Assembly (NCBI GenBank): GCA_043228905.1
Contig: JBHGNT010000010.1
Span: forward strand, 8,370,001 to 8,434,000
DNA: 64,000 nt
From: Azolla caroliniana
Taxonomy: Eukaryota > Plantae > Polypodiophyta
Direction of reading: 5' to 3'
Positions 12,280 through 26,600 of this stretch are shown in pieces (the stretch's first letter is position 1; each line of letters starts with the position of its first letter). A program made the position numbers and the translations under genes. Below the pieces are notes generated by a model, which was not told the DNA's origin, searched no databases, and saw only the letters and a list, made by a program, of their open reading frames with translations.

Positions 12280-15200
12280 TGTAAACGTAAGTGTTTGCGG
12301 AAGCGTAAAACAGAGAACAACACACACAGAGAGAGACAGAGACAGAGACAGAGAGAGCAGAACACAATTTCCAAAATTATATCAAGACTCTGTACACACA
12401 CTGTGCTAAGTAGCACTATTTATACAAGTCCTCTTGGGACTGACAGAAGTACCATGTACTTCAATGCTCACACGAGCATCTGACACTTACTACGAGACTA
12501 TAGCTACCTAGTAGTCTATCCTATACTAGGCTTCCGATTGGACTTCCGGTTACAGATTGCACCCGGCCTCCACTGCTTGCCGGTTCGGTTGCTCACCATC
12601 ATACCGATCCGTTTCGCCCGATCCGTCTCGCTTACCGGCTCCGACTTATTCAGCCGATCGGGCTCCGGTTGAGCTTGTCGCTCAACACTCCCCCTCAAGC
12701 TCAACCTGAGGTGGGGTCGTAGTGTCGACCTCTGTGGCAGTCGGTTCTTCCAACCGACTTCTCCTGGCGTCACTCCGCCTTGCTCGCGCTCCTCGTCCGG
12801 TCCGGTCCCGTTTGCCGCGACCCCTTTGGTTCTGCGCGCCTCGACCCTCTCGGTCGGCATGTCTGCTCAATAGGCCCATCTCAGCACTCACGTTGTTGTG
12901 ACTCCGTCGCTTGCCGATCCGTCGGTTCTCCCACAATGGCATCGACTTCCGCTGTGTCCGTGTCCCCATGGCCTTCAGTCAATCCGACTCATCCAGATCC
13001 ATCTGTTGATCCGAGTCAGTTGTCTCCGACTCGTTCCAGCTCTTGTCCGAATCGGTACACTCCGATTCGACTTCCGGCTTCAGGCCTCTCACCACATCGG
13101 ACCACTTCCGAGTCTTGGCCTTCTCCATGCTTCCCTCGGCTTCTTCAGCCGGTGAACCGAAATCGAATTCTTTATTCGACTCCGCATCATGGTCAGTATC
13201 GTCGTGATGACCTCCGCACAGCATGCACTTCTCTTCCTGAGTGCACAACTCTTCTTCACAGCCGCTTGCTCCGACCTGTTCGGATGTGTCGACTTCCTTC
13301 GTCGACTCGGCTTCCTTCATCTTCTTGTCTCCTCTTCTTCCGGCTCTCCTCTTACCGACGGGTTCAACAGTTTTTTTGCCTTTGCCCGTTTCGATAGGGA
13401 CTTTGCCCTTGCTTCTCCCCCTCAAGTGCGGCACGTCGAGATGCTAAACACCAAGCATGTCGGTAAAGTGCTGCAACTTGTCCGATCCGAGCGGCTTGGT
13501 GAAGATGTCGGCAACTTGCCGATCCGTATGAATATACCGTAGGTCAACTTCACCGCTCAGGACCCGCTCACGCACGAAGTGGTAGTGCACCTCGATGTGC
13601 TTTGTGCGAGCATGGAACACAGGGTTCCTGGCAAGCTGCAGGCTGCTCATGTTATCGTAGTAAATCGGGATCGGGGTCGGTACCTCGATCCGCAAGTCTC
13701 GCAACAGTCGCCGAAGCCAGATGGCTTCACAAGTGGCAACGGTAGCGGCCCGGTACTCAGCCTCAGTGCTTGACAAAGCCACTGTGGGCTGCTTCTTGCT
13801 ACTCCACGCAACGGCCGCGCTACCTATGGAGAACATGTATCCGGAAGTGGAGCGGCGATTAGACGCATCGCCGGCCCAGTCAGCATCTGTGTAACCGACA
13901 AGCTCTTCGGGTATACCTCGCCGGTATAGCAGTCCCCGGTCCTTAGTGCCGCTGACATACCGTAATATTCGTTGCGCGCACTGAAGGTGATCCACGGTCG
14001 GCTTCTGCATGAACTGACTTACCATGCCGACCGGATAGCTGATGTCGGGTCGGGTGATGGTTAAGTAGATCAGGCTTCCCACAACCTGTCGGAACCGTTT
14101 CTCATTGCAGGCCGGTCCGGAGTTGGGACGGAGCTTATGGTTCCGGTCCAGGGGTGTGGAGACAGGTCGGCAATCCGTCATGCCGAACTTATACAGCATA
14201 TTCAACATGTAATGTCGTTGTGAGAGCAATATGCCGTCGGGGGTCCGGATCACTTCGATCCCAAGAAAATAATGAAGGTCCCCCAGGTCCTTCATTTTGA
14301 ATGCGTCCGACAACTAGGACTTGACGCGGTTGATTTCGGGAAGACCCGGTCCGGTGATGACTAAATCATCCACATACAAGAGTATACATACCGGACCGTC
14401 AGAGCCTTGCCGGATGAATAACGAAGAGTCCGACTTAGAGACAGCAAACCCCAGCTTACGCAACTGGTGCGTGATCTTCGCGTTCCAGGCTCGGGGGGCT
14501 TGCTTCAAGCCGTAAAGCGACTTCTTCAGTCGGCATACCGCCGACTCGTTCATCTCCGATTGAAATCCGGGGGGCTGAGTCATAAAGACTTCTTCTTCAA
14601 GCTCTCCTTGAAGGAAGGCGTTCTTCACATCCATCTGGTGAAGATGCCACCCCCTTGCCGCAGCAACCGCCAGTACCACACGAACCGTCGTCATCTTCGC
14701 CACAGGAGCGAAGGTCTCGTCGTAGTCGATTCCGTGGGTCTGTGCGTATCCCTTCGCCACTAACCGGGCTTTGTACCGGTTAACAGAACCGTCGGCGTTG
14801 TACTTGACCTTGTACACCCACTTGCATCCGATCGGTTTACAGTGACGGGGAGGATCAACTAGGTCCCAGGTTTCGTTGGCATCGAGTGCCCGCATTTCTT
14901 CGTCCATAGCGGCATGCCAATTTGCGTCCTTTGCCGCTTCTGCGTAGCTCTCCGGCTCACGCACTTCTGTCACCTTAGTCATGTACGCATAATGATGCGC
15001 CATGTATTCATTGTACCCGTACCGTATGACGGGATCCTTCTGGCAGGTTGATCGGCGCAACGCACCGTCACCTGATTTGAGGCCCTTCTTGGCCATTTCG
15101 GTCTTCGTTGCCGAAGATCTACCTTTCTCCTTTCCGGAGTCGGATACGCACCGATCCGACTCATCTTTGCCGGTTTCGAATTCCGGCATCTTCCTCTTCC

Positions 15201-18200
15201 CTTTCTCTTTGCACGTGAACCGTTTCCTCGGTTCCTTGCGCGGGGAGAGCACGGCAGAGTCTCCACTACTTGCCATCTCTTCATCCGACTGGTCCAACCG
15301 ACTCAGACGCTCGTTCGGTCCACTCAACCGAAACGATTCCGGACTCTCATCTTGAGTCTCGGCTTCATCATCCTCTGCCAGGGCTGATTCAGGCGCACTG
15401 GCCTGATCTTCCGGCATTGGGTCGGGATCGAAAGTCGGAGTCGGTAGGGAGTACCAGGATGCCGATTCGTCGAACTCGACATCCCGGCTAACTTGGACTT
15501 CCTTCGTCCGGGGGTTATAGCACTTATACCCCTTTTGCTCTTGAGCATAGCCGACTAGAATGCATTTTTCCGATTTTGCATCCAGCTTTCTCCGCTTCTA
15601 ATCCGGCACATGCACATACGCTATGCTGCCGAATATCCGAAGGTGTCTTAAGTTCGGCTTGTGCCCGAAATACAACTCATGAGCTGACACCTTGTCACCA
15701 ATTCGGTTTTGTATGTAGACGGCCGTCCGGACCGCCTCCGCCCAGTAGAACCGGGGCATACTCTTCTCCTCCAGCATTGCCCTTGCCGCTTTGACGAGTG
15801 TCCGGTTCTTCCTTTCGGCCACACCGTTTTGCTCCGGTGTGTATCTGCAGTTGAACTCTCGCCGAGTTCCCTTCTGCTGTAGATAACTAGTGAATTGGCC
15901 AGAAAAATATTCCTTTCCGCCATCCGACCTAAGGCATTTGATCTTCCTCTCTGATTCCCGTTCCACCATCTTCTGGAGGCTCCGGAAACAGTCGAAGACT
16001 TCGCTCTTCCACTCAATGAGGTAGATCCAAGTATGTCGAGTATAGTCGTCGATGAAGGAGACGAAGTATCGGCTCCCGCCAAGGCTTACACTTTGTGCCG
16101 GTCCCCACACATCCGAATGGATGAGATCGAGCTTGTTACGGCTCCGGTTCCGTTCGGTGGGGAATGGAAGCCGGTGTTGCTTCCCAAGTTGGTAGGCTTC
16201 ACAAATTTCGGCTCTCCGGCCGCTGAACTTCGGCAAACCGAAAACGACTTGTTTCGTTTGCAGGTCTTGAAGCCTCCGGTAGTTGACGTGGCCTATCCGC
16301 TTGTGCCACAGGTCGATGTTCGACTCGACCTTCTGTCGTTCCGCGAACAGAGCGGTGCCAAAGTCATTGGTGTTGAGGATAAACATCCTCCCGTCTCTGC
16401 GTCCTTGCGCAATGACTTCGCCCTCATCCTCAATGAAGCACCCGAGGTGCGTAAACCGCACCTGAATCCCCTGGTCGACAATCTGACCGACGGACACCAG
16501 GTTCTTCGTGATTGTCGGTACGTGTAATACGTTCATCAGCTTCCCTTTCTGTCCGACGTGGCTTAGAGGGACTTCTCCGACGTGCACGATTGGGTGAGGA
16601 GTGTCGTCTCCGGTTTCGACTACTCCTGGTCGATCCGGTTTCTCCAGAAAGGAGAACCACTCTTTGTGGCTCGTCATGTGGTTCGACGCGCCGGAATCAA
16701 CATACCACACATCCTACATTTTGGAAGTGGTCTTCTTCATTGAGTTTGCCTTGTGATTCATCACCAAGGCTGGCCCCTTACCGGCCTTTCCGGTTCCGGA
16801 TCCTCCTGATCCGTTTGTGTAGTGCGAGTTTTGCCGGCCATCCTTACCGGTCTTGCCGGATCCGGATTTGTCCGAATCGGCACGCTTTCTCCAGCACTCG
16901 CTTTCCCTGTGGCCTTTTTTGCCACAGTACCAGCATTCCGTAGCGGATTTGTCTTGCCAGCCTCCGGCACCGCCTTAACTCCCCCTGCTTGTGGAAGTCC
17001 CGGAACTGCTGTCGGCACACTCATAGTGCCTCCGTTCCTGCTCTTGCCGGCCGCCTCCATTGCGTGCCGACCCTCCTCTTCCACCACGCCCACGGAACTG
17101 ATCCGTTCCCGTGTACAACATTCGGTTGTCCGGGGATGCACTGGTAGATGCACCGGCGTGGTTCTCCTCTACAAGGAGCATCGACTATAAGTCAAAGAAT
17201 GAGGGGGTATTCTCCCTTGTACACACCGCAGTCCGGAACGCTCCGAACTTGGACGCCAGGCCTCCGAGACATAACTGCACCATCTCGTCTTCCTCTACGG
17301 TAACATTGATAGAGGCGAGCGAGTCGCAGATCTCCTTTATCCGGCCCGTGTAGTCTGCCACGGACATGTTCTTCTGTTGAACATTGCTCAACTCCTGTCT
17401 GAGTTGCAGCTTCCGGGCAGTGGTGCTTGCGGCGAAAACCTTTTTCAGGTTCCCCCAAGCATCCTTCGGTGTCTTGGCGTCACGGATGTGGCTGAGCAGC
17501 TGATCGCCGACACTGGATGCGCAGCAGTACATCACCCTGCTTGCCTCTTGTTCCCATACCGGGAAGTCCTTGTGTGCCGAGTCTGGCGCCGCATCATTCG
17601 CTCCTTCGACATAACTCCAGTACCCGTGTCCAAGCAGGTACTGGTGCATCTTGTAAGACCAGGATGCGTAGTTGCTCCTGTCGAGCTTCTCCACCGGAAG
17701 CGACGTAGCCATGCCTCTATCCATGTCTTCTACTGTGTCTGTTCTCGACCTGTTAGGGTTTTCTTCTCAAGAGTAAATGTCTGCAACAGAGGTTCTCAAC
17801 CCTCGCGCTCTGATACCATGTAAACGTAAGTGTTTGCAAAAGCGTATAACAGAGAACAACACACACACAGAGAGACAAAGAGAGACAAAGAGAGACAGAG
17901 AGAGACAAAGAGAGCAGAACACAATTTCCAAAATTATATCAAGACTCTGTACACACACTGTGCTAAGTAGCACTATTTATACAAGTCCTCTTGGGACTGA
18001 CAGAAGTACCATGTACTTCAATGCTCACACGAGCATCTGACACTTACTACGAGACTATAGCTACCTAGTAGTCTATCCTATACTAGGCTTCCGATTGGAC
18101 TTCCGGTTATAGATTGCACCCGGCCTCCATTGCTTGCCGGTTCGGTTGCTCACCGTCATACCGATCCGTTTCGCCCGATCCGTCTCGCTTACCGGCTCCG

Positions 18201-18244
18201 ACTTATTCAGCCGATCTGACTCCGGTTGAGCTTGCTGCTCAACA
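12280..18244 (-). mobile_element. Full-length Ty1/Copia LTR retrotransposon (Copia-1)
   Basis: LTRs 12280-12687 and 17819-18244 (TG..CA); TSD ATGGC at 12275 and 18245; iMet PBS at 17807-17818; PPT at 12688-12698. Confidence 0.97.
12979..17724 (-). pseudogene. Copia-1 gag-pol (gag, CCHC, PR, INT, RT, RH, C-terminal extension) with a few stops and frameshifts
   Basis: WYVDSGASNHMT; HSDVWGP..FIDDYTR..RSDGGKEY..QNGVAERKN; MDVKNAFL; LYVDDL; YTDADWAG; RTKHIEVHYHFVRE. Confidence 0.95.
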
Positions 18245-20287
18245 ATGGCCTCTACATTTGGTACTTGAGTAGAAATTCGAAAGTTCGATAGCAAGAACTT
18301 TGCCCTATGGAAGGAGATGATGCAGGATTTACTAATAATCCCGTGTCAAATCAAGGCAATACAGCATAATAACAAGCCAGCTTCGATGACAGCTGACTAA
18401 TGGCGTTCACTAGACAAAATAGTCAGGTCAAGCATTCGAATGCATCTGGCCGAGAACATCTACTTTAGTATGGCCAAAGAGACCACTGCATTCACCTTGT
18501 GGGAGAAGCTCCATGCCATTTATGAGAAGCAATCCTGCTCATCAAAGCTCATATTGATTCGACAGTTGTTCAATATGAAGATGAGAGAGACAAATCCGGC
18601 GACCTCCCACATTAACACCTTTAGTCGGGTGTTATTTGAACTCTCCTCCCAAGGGATCAACATCGAAGAAGAAGTGAAAGCCATTGCCTTACTTTTGAGT
18701 TTGTCGGCGAGTTGGCAGGTATTCTACATGGCATTCGCCAACAATTGCCCAAGTTGAACCTGGATGAAATGATCAGCCAAATCCTCACAAAGGACATTCG
18801 ATGAAAATCGATAGCCTGACTCACCATCGACAACATGGCAGAACCCACCACTCGACTGAACAAGACGGAAGAACTAGTCGGTCAAAAAGGGGGATCAACA
18901 ATCAGCAGCGATCGAAGTCGAGGAATAGTCTGTCAAGTGCTTTCTGCACCCATTGTAGAAAGGTTAGTCATGATGCCTCTGACTTCTGATCGATTAAGAA
19001 GAAGGAGAGTGGTTGGCGATTCGAAAAGAATCCAAGACAATCCGACTCGAACCATTCTCCCATAGGGAACCAAGTTAATGTTGTCGAATCCCAGTCGAGG
19101 GAAATTCTCTCATTAGAGGAATCTTCGACCGGTGAAGTCTTATACAACGCGCAAGACGCATGAACATGGTTACTGGATTCCGGAACCTCATTTCATGTAA
19201 CCCCCAACATTGAATGGTTTTCGAACTATTCAGTCGGAGCCAACGGCACAGTCCGACTAGGCAACGGGCAGGAGTGCACAATCGCGGGGATTAGACCCAT
19301 GATATCTCAAAACATTATGGACATGACTTTAGGTCCAAACAAGAAGGCTAATTTATTATAAATAAATAAATAAATAAGGATAATTATCCTAGGGTTTGAG
19401 GCAACCTAGTTGAATGATCAACAATGGGTATGCATTTGTGTGGCAATCAAGGGGCATTGACTTCAATATTTAGGGGCGTTGGCTTAAATATAAATATGGG
19501 GACTAGCTACTCCATTTTATCATCTCATTGGTGACACTCTAAGACTTTGGGAAGAACGTGAACTTAAATTAGATGTCAAGGCACTTATCATCTAATTTAA
19601 GCCAATGTGCTTCTCTAGACCATATGCGGTGGTATGGGGCGCAACTAGGGTTTAGGGATAGTCTCACGTGCTTTCCTTGGGGGTGGTTGGTGTTGGGAGC
19701 AACTATGTCCTCACTTTTTATTTCTATATTTTCAATAATATCATTAGTTTGATCTAATCATAACATAGAAACTCAATTGAGCACCCAAAGTTAAGTATGC
19801 ATTCATACAAGAATTGGGTCATCATGCTGGAATCATTTCTAGGACTTTTATTGGCTTCGGCCCAATTCATGCAAATGTTTTCGAAGCTGACACATTTGGG
19901 TTCCCCATGGTGGAATACCTAACCATCCTCATGTACTTTATTGATAAGGACACCTTAATTTGTAGGATTTGTTGTAGCAAAGCCACATTAATCTTTTGGC
20001 TCACAATATTTATGCATCATTTATGCACAAATCATGTAGTTAGGGGTCAAATGAGGGGAGTTCATTGGCTTCTGTTTCAACTAGCTTGGTTTTCAATATC
20101 CTAACTATTCACATTTTGCTCTTCATAAATGAGGTGCGCATAGTTTCATGGTTTCTTCATTTTAGCTCGAGGTGGTAGGATATATCTAGTTGGTATCACC
20201 TTCCTTTGGGGGTAATTTATCCTTGTCATTGTTTGGATCGGCCATATTCATCTCCCTTCTGGTGGACATGTCATATAGCGCAACATG

Positions 20288-20492
<205 letters not shown>

Positions 20493-20621
20493 CATTGTGC
20501 GTGGATACACACTTTCACATTCCACCAAAATATAAGTATTATTGAGGGCCTATTTGTGTGTGTACGTGAAAGATGTGCTTAGTTTTATGTAGTGTGATGC
20601 ACTTTTACGTGAACATATTTC

Positions 20622-23600
20622 TGTTAAAAACAGTGCTCGGCCACAACCGAGGAATAGGATCAACTCACAAAAAACAGGAAATACACAATGCACGAAGACA
20701 ATAGAGAGAAGAGTGCACAGGATGTTTTACGTGGAAAACCCTAAATGGGAAAAACCACGGGAGTCCTCAAACTCCAACTATCACTATGAACAGAGATGTA
20801 CAATGGTGCAGCTACAAGGCAACAACCTTGAGCTCACTGTCTTCGCCACAGGCAGCGGTAATACACAGAGGCAACGACCTCTTCGTCTCTCTCTCTCGGC
20901 TGCTCACTTAGCTCCCTCTAAGTGGAAAACCAGAAAAATGAGTAACAACACCAAAACTGTTTGCCCTAAGTCATATTTATACACATATGACTTTCGGGCT
21001 ATTTACAAATATAGCCTCAAGGGCCCTTGGCAAACATATTCACAAATATGTCCCCGCATCCGGATCTCTCTCCGGGTACATACTTCATCATCCGGCTCCG
21101 TAGCCGGGGTCTTCGTCATCCGGCTCCGTAGCCGGGGTCTTCGTCATCCGGCTCCGTAGTCGGGGTCTTCATCATCCGATTCCCGGACATCCGACCATCC
21201 CATCCGGAGGGACCGTAATCCCAACCAACTCCCCCTTCACTTCGGCATGGGATGTCTCTCCAATCCGATCCTCTTCCGGCACGCTTCCAGCTTGTCGGGT
21301 GCGAGCACTTTGGTCAGCATATCTGACCCGTTCTCGTCCGTGTGGATCTTCGTCAGCACGAACTCCTGGTCTTCTATCCTTTCCCGGAACCAGTGATATC
21401 TTCGCTGGATGTGCTTCGTCCGGGAGTGATAGGCCGCGTTCTTCGCAAGGTGGATGGCACTTTGACTGTCGCAGTAGAGTCGGTACTCCTCCTGCCGGAT
21501 ACCGAGCTCTCTAATGAAGTCCTTCATCCATATCATTTCCTTGCCGGCTTCAACAGCCGCCATGTACTCCGCCTCCGTAGTTGACAACGCAACCGTCTTC
21601 TGCAGCCTCGACTGCCACGAAACAGCTCCCCCTGCATACGTCATCACATACCCTGATGTGGACCGGCTGGTATCTGCATCAGCCGACATATCCGAATCGG
21701 TAAAGCCGTCGAGTTCGGGCTTACCGGAGCCGAATCGGAGGCACACATTTGCCGTACCCTTCAGGTATCGGAGTATCCACTTGGCCGCGTTCCAGTGCTC
21801 TTTGTCGGGATTGCTCATATACCGGCTCACCACTCCGACTGCATATCCTATGTCCGGTCTTGTACACACCATTGTGTACATCAAGCTTCCGACGGCAGAG
21901 GCATATGGTACTTTCATCATGTCCTCCTTCTCAGCCTTTGTCTTGGGGCTTTGCTTGCTGGACAACTTGCAGTTTGCCGGGAGGGTTGACCCGACCGGTC
22001 TTGCTTCCGACATGTTGAACCGTTGAAGCACCTTTGTCACGTACTTCTCCTGTGACAGCCACAACTGCTTCTTCTTCCGGTCCCGGATGATGTGCATCCC
22101 TAGTATTTGCCTCGCCGGACCCAGGTCCTTCATTGAGAAGGTTCGGTGAAGCGCTTTCTTCAGCATCCATATCTTGACCTGGTCCCGTCCGACGATCAAC
22201 ATGTCGTCCACGTACAGGAGGAGTATTAGAGAGTCTCCTCCTTCGAACTTCTTCACAAACACGCAGTGATCGGACTACGTTTTGTGGTACCCTTCGTCGG
22301 TCATGAAAGAGTCGAACTTCCGGTACCATTGCCGGGGAGCCTGCTTCAGTCCGTAAAGGCTCTTCTTCAGCCGGCATACCAGGTGCTCCTTCCCTTTCTT
22401 CTCGAATCCTTCCGGTTACTGCATGTAGATCTCTTCTTCGAGGTCACCGTGAAGGAATGTCGTCTTCACGTCCATCTGTTCTACCTCGAGGTCCATGCTT
22501 GCCGCTATGCTCAGCACTGTCCGGATGGAGGTCATCTTCACTACCGGGGCAAATATCTCGTCGAAGTCGACGCCCTTCTTCTGCTGGAACCCCTTCACCA
22601 CGATCCTGGCTTTGTATCTCGGGGGGTTTCCGGCATCTCCCGGTTTCAGCTTGAACACCCACTTGTTTCGAAGTGCTCGCTTTCCTTTCGGCAACTCCAC
22701 AAGTTCATATGTGTGGTTCTCATGCAGGGAATCCATCTCCTCCTGCATGGCACTTAACCACCTGCGGCTATGGGTGTCAAGCTTTGCTTCTTCAAAACTC
22801 TCCGGCTCCCCCTCGTCGGTTAGCAGCACGTGCTCTGGTTCCGGAAATCTCCGGGGGGGCCTTCTCTCTCTTAGAGGATATCTCCGTTCCGGAGCTTCGG
22901 TAACCGGCTCTTCCGTTTCTTCTTCATCCGAATCCATTTCGGGATCGGGGCCGGTTCCGGTATCAGTTTCATCTTCCTCGGCCGGTTCTGTTTCTTCACC
23001 GTCTTCGGCCGGATCCTCGAGTGCTAACCGGTCCCTTGCCGGTCGGGACTGCTCCTCGTAGAGTTGATCCTCACCGGTCGACTTGGAGCTCTTCATCTTC
23101 TTCTCCGACTCCCAGTCAGCGAGTGTCTTGTCCTCCATGAAGATGATATCTCGACTCCTGAATATCTTCTTGTCGACCGGGTCCCATACTCGGTAGCCGA
23201 ACTCGTCATCGCCGTAACCGAGGAATATGCATGGCCGGGTCTTTGGATCTAGCTTTCCTCTCCGGTCCTTTGCCACATGCACGTATGCGAGACACCCGAA
23301 CACCTTCAGATGCCGGTAGGATACTTCCCTACCGGTCCACACTCTCTGCGGCGTGTCTCCGTCCAAAGGTACTGAGGGTGATCTGTTTATCACGTATGTC
23401 GCCGTCGACATTGCCTCAGCCCAAAATCCCTTGGGTAATTTCGCATGCGCCAGCATACTCCGGACCCTCTCCATTATGGTCCGGTTCATCCTCTCGGCCA
23501 GCCCGTTCAGTTCCGGCGTCTTCGGCACAGTAAACTCGAGCCGGATTCCCTTCGAGCGACAGTACTCCGCGAACTGCCCCCGGTATTCCCCTCCGTTATC

Positions 23601-24665
23601 CGCTCGTATCGCTTTCAGCTTCTTGCCGGATTCCCTTTCCACTCTCGCGTGGAGTTCTTTGAAGACACACAACACTTGGTCCTTTGTCTTCAACGGTGCC
23701 GTCCACAGCTTCCGGTTGTGGTCATCAATGAATGTCACGAAGTACTGGGCTCCGCCATGTGACTTCGTTTCTACTTGACACACGTCAGTGTGCACCAACT
23801 CCAATGGTGCGCCACGTCTCGTCGGTGGCCTTGAGCGGAAGGAGGTCCGGTTTTTCTTACCGGCCAGACAGTCGGTACACTTCTCCAGGTGCACATGCTT
23901 CACTGGAATAAGGTTGTCTTCTGCAAGCCTCTTCATCCCCTTCTCACTCATGTGGCACAGTCTCTTGTGCCACAGCTCACCGGCAGTGTCAGCTGCCACG
24001 TTCAGCTCCTCAGGACATAACCAGGCATTCATAAGGTACAGTGTGTTGACTTTCCGGGCCCGAGCCACTATCAGGCTCCCTTTGCTGAACTTCATGACAC
24101 CGTTCCGGATGCTACCCGTGTAGCCTTCATCGTCTAGCCTCCCGGCCGAAATCAGGTTCAATCCAACCTCCTGAACGTGTCGCACAGGATGTTTTACGTG
24201 GAAAACCCTAAACGGCCTAAACCACGGGAGTCCTCAAACTCCAACTATCACTATGAACAGAGATGTACAATGGTGCAGCTACAAGGCAACAACCTTGAGC
24301 TCACTGTCTTCGCCACAGGCAGCGGTAATACACAGAGGCAACGACCTCTTCGTCTCTCTCTCTCGGCTGCTCACTTAGCTCCCTCTAAGTGGAAAACCAG
24401 AAAAATGAGTAACAACACCAAAACTGTTTGCCCTAAGTCATATTTATACACATATGACTTTCGGGCTATTTACAAATATAGCCTCAAGGGCCCTTGGCAA
24501 ACATATTCACAAATATGTCCCCGCATCCGGATCTCTCTCCGGGTACATACTTCATCATCCGGCTCCGTAGCCGGGGTCTTCGTCATCCGGCTCCGTAGCC
24601 GGGGTCTTCATCATCCGATTCCCGGACATCCGACCATCCCATCCGGAGGGACCGTAATCCCAACA
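20622..24665 (-). mobile_element. Ty1/Copia (Tnt1/Tork-like) element lacking gag, PR and PBS through an internal deletion (Copia-2)
   Basis: TSD ATTTC at 20617 and 24666; 3' LTR 20622-21226; PPT at 21229-21237; INT-RT-RH ORFs 24185-21237; 5' LTR 24183-24665 fused directly to the pre-integrase region. Same family as 37818-43204. Confidence 0.95.
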
Positions 24666-24839
24666 ATTTCATCCACCAAGTTTGTGTGCTTGTACTCTAG
24701 TGTGTATGCATGCTTGTACTAGAAATAAGTGTATTTTTTGTGTAACTATGCTAGTATATTTAAGTGTATGTGTGTGCGAAGGAGTGTATATAAGTTTTTA
24801 TGTACGGTTTTACATTAATACATTTTGACGTTAGGAAAA

Positions 24840-26600
24840 GGCTATCTAGACCTAAGTAGTATGCTTTTAATGCTTTGAAGGTTGGATTCTTCTTCTTAAG
24901 GACATGCAAGACTTTGATGCGACTAAAATCATATATAAAATCGGCAAAATACTTAGCACCACCACTAAGAGAGAAAGAATTGGAAAAGTGCCACAAGTCA
25001 CTATGAAGGTAAGGGATGAAGAAGTTTGAGTTCCTTGATTGGGAAATGTTTTTGATACATTTTTCCAAGGAGACAACATTCACACACACACACACATATT
25101 GAAGAGGTTCTTTAGGCAAGTCATGAATTAAATTGTTAGATAGTAATGCTCGTAATGCATTCATTTGCATGTGACCAATACAAACAGGTCAAAGAAAAGA
25201 AATCAAGGGGAACTTGATTGGGACAACTATGTGCTTTTTGGAATAAGAGATTTATGTGTACATGTTATTGGATACAAATCTCCTTTATGTTTTCTACATG
25301 TTCTTCTCAAACATCCATTTGAAGATTTATGTTTTATGACATCATAATAAGAGAGATATTCAATTTTCATTCCATTAGAAATTGCTTGAATAATGCATAA
25401 TAAATGTTTGGTGATGTTGAGAACATAGTGTACATCAATTGTGAAGGGTCCTCTTGCAATTTCAATAATAATTTTACCTTTTCCAATTGCTTGCTTTGGG
25501 TCATTTTTGTCAAATCTTGCAATAATAGGTAGCTCTAGTGGTTTATACTTATGTAACCAATCTTTAATATTTGTCAAATGATTACTTGGATAAGTATTAA
25601 AATACCAAATATGTTCTACTGTATTTGAATTGGGTATAGTGCTTGAAAGTGATTCTGCAAAGAATGTTTGAAGAACATTTGCATAAGAATCACCATCTTT
25701 CTAATCTTCATCAAAATGACGTTTGTATATTTTTGAGGTTGGAAACTTCTCAATTTTATTTTGGCACGACATTTTTATATTGTTCAATAACTACTAAATA
25801 TTAAAACACATTCCTCTAGATTTCTTGATCCACTTGCTTTGAATAATCTCCTTGTTTGACAAAATTATTGTGTTTATATGCAATCATTGCTATAGTTCAA
25901 CTAGGTTCAATAGCAATTTGTACATGCATGTTTATTCTTGTCTCATATTTGCAAGAAGATCAATTAAGAAAGGAAAATTGGTGGAATTATGTGTGGTTCG
26001 AAATGTTGCCCAAGACGATAGAAGAGCTCGAAGAAAAAGAAACTTTCATAACTTAGTTTGAAATTTTAATTTAGATGTTAAATTATCCTCCAATTTTTTT
26101 TCCAAATTAAAAAAACTCACCAACTTGTTGTTCATTTTTCTTTTAGTAGTTTACAAGTGGTTGAAGAGTGCCAAATAGTTGAGCAGTGTTTGTAGGTTTG
26201 TAGGTTCATAAATAGTTTGTAGATGCTTCCACATTTCTTGTATTGGTTGTATCTTTCTCAATGTTTCATCTCGCCCCATTACTTCCATGCATAAGTATTT
26301 ACATTTCTATGCAAATCTTGATTCTACACTTTTTTCTAGTTTTCTAGATGATCCTAAACAATGTCTCATAATTTATTGTATTTTAAAAATAATTCTAACC
26401 TTACTTTCCATATTTTAGGGTTTAGGGTTGTAACTTTTCATGTATTGAGTTGTGGCGATAAGATGGGTTGTGCCATGATTGTGTGGGGATGTTCAATTCA
26501 AAATTTGGCAAACAACACGCTTCTACTTAAGGCCTCCTATATTATTGTTCTCTGTATGGTTCACAACCACCAAGATGGCTTCCATCTAATCAAGGAAACC
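24840..26600 (-). mobile_element. Highly decayed Copia gag/PR/INT fragment; boundaries approximate
   Basis: WYFNTYPSNHLT (decayed protease motif) at ~25575-25610; LHSDLW..SLSGGAKYF..FIYDFSR (integrase start) at ~24920-25010. Confidence 0.6.

Larger units (their letters stand above)
11831..19290 (+). pseudogene. Degenerate Copia gag-protease split by nested insertions (pieces 11831-11853 and 18271-19290)
   Basis: Removing the insert rejoins MIEGKNQV|EIRKFDSKNFALWKEMMQDLL; then LWEKLHAIYEK..KLILIRQLFNMKM and protease WLLDSGTSFHVT at ~19167. Confidence 0.75.
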
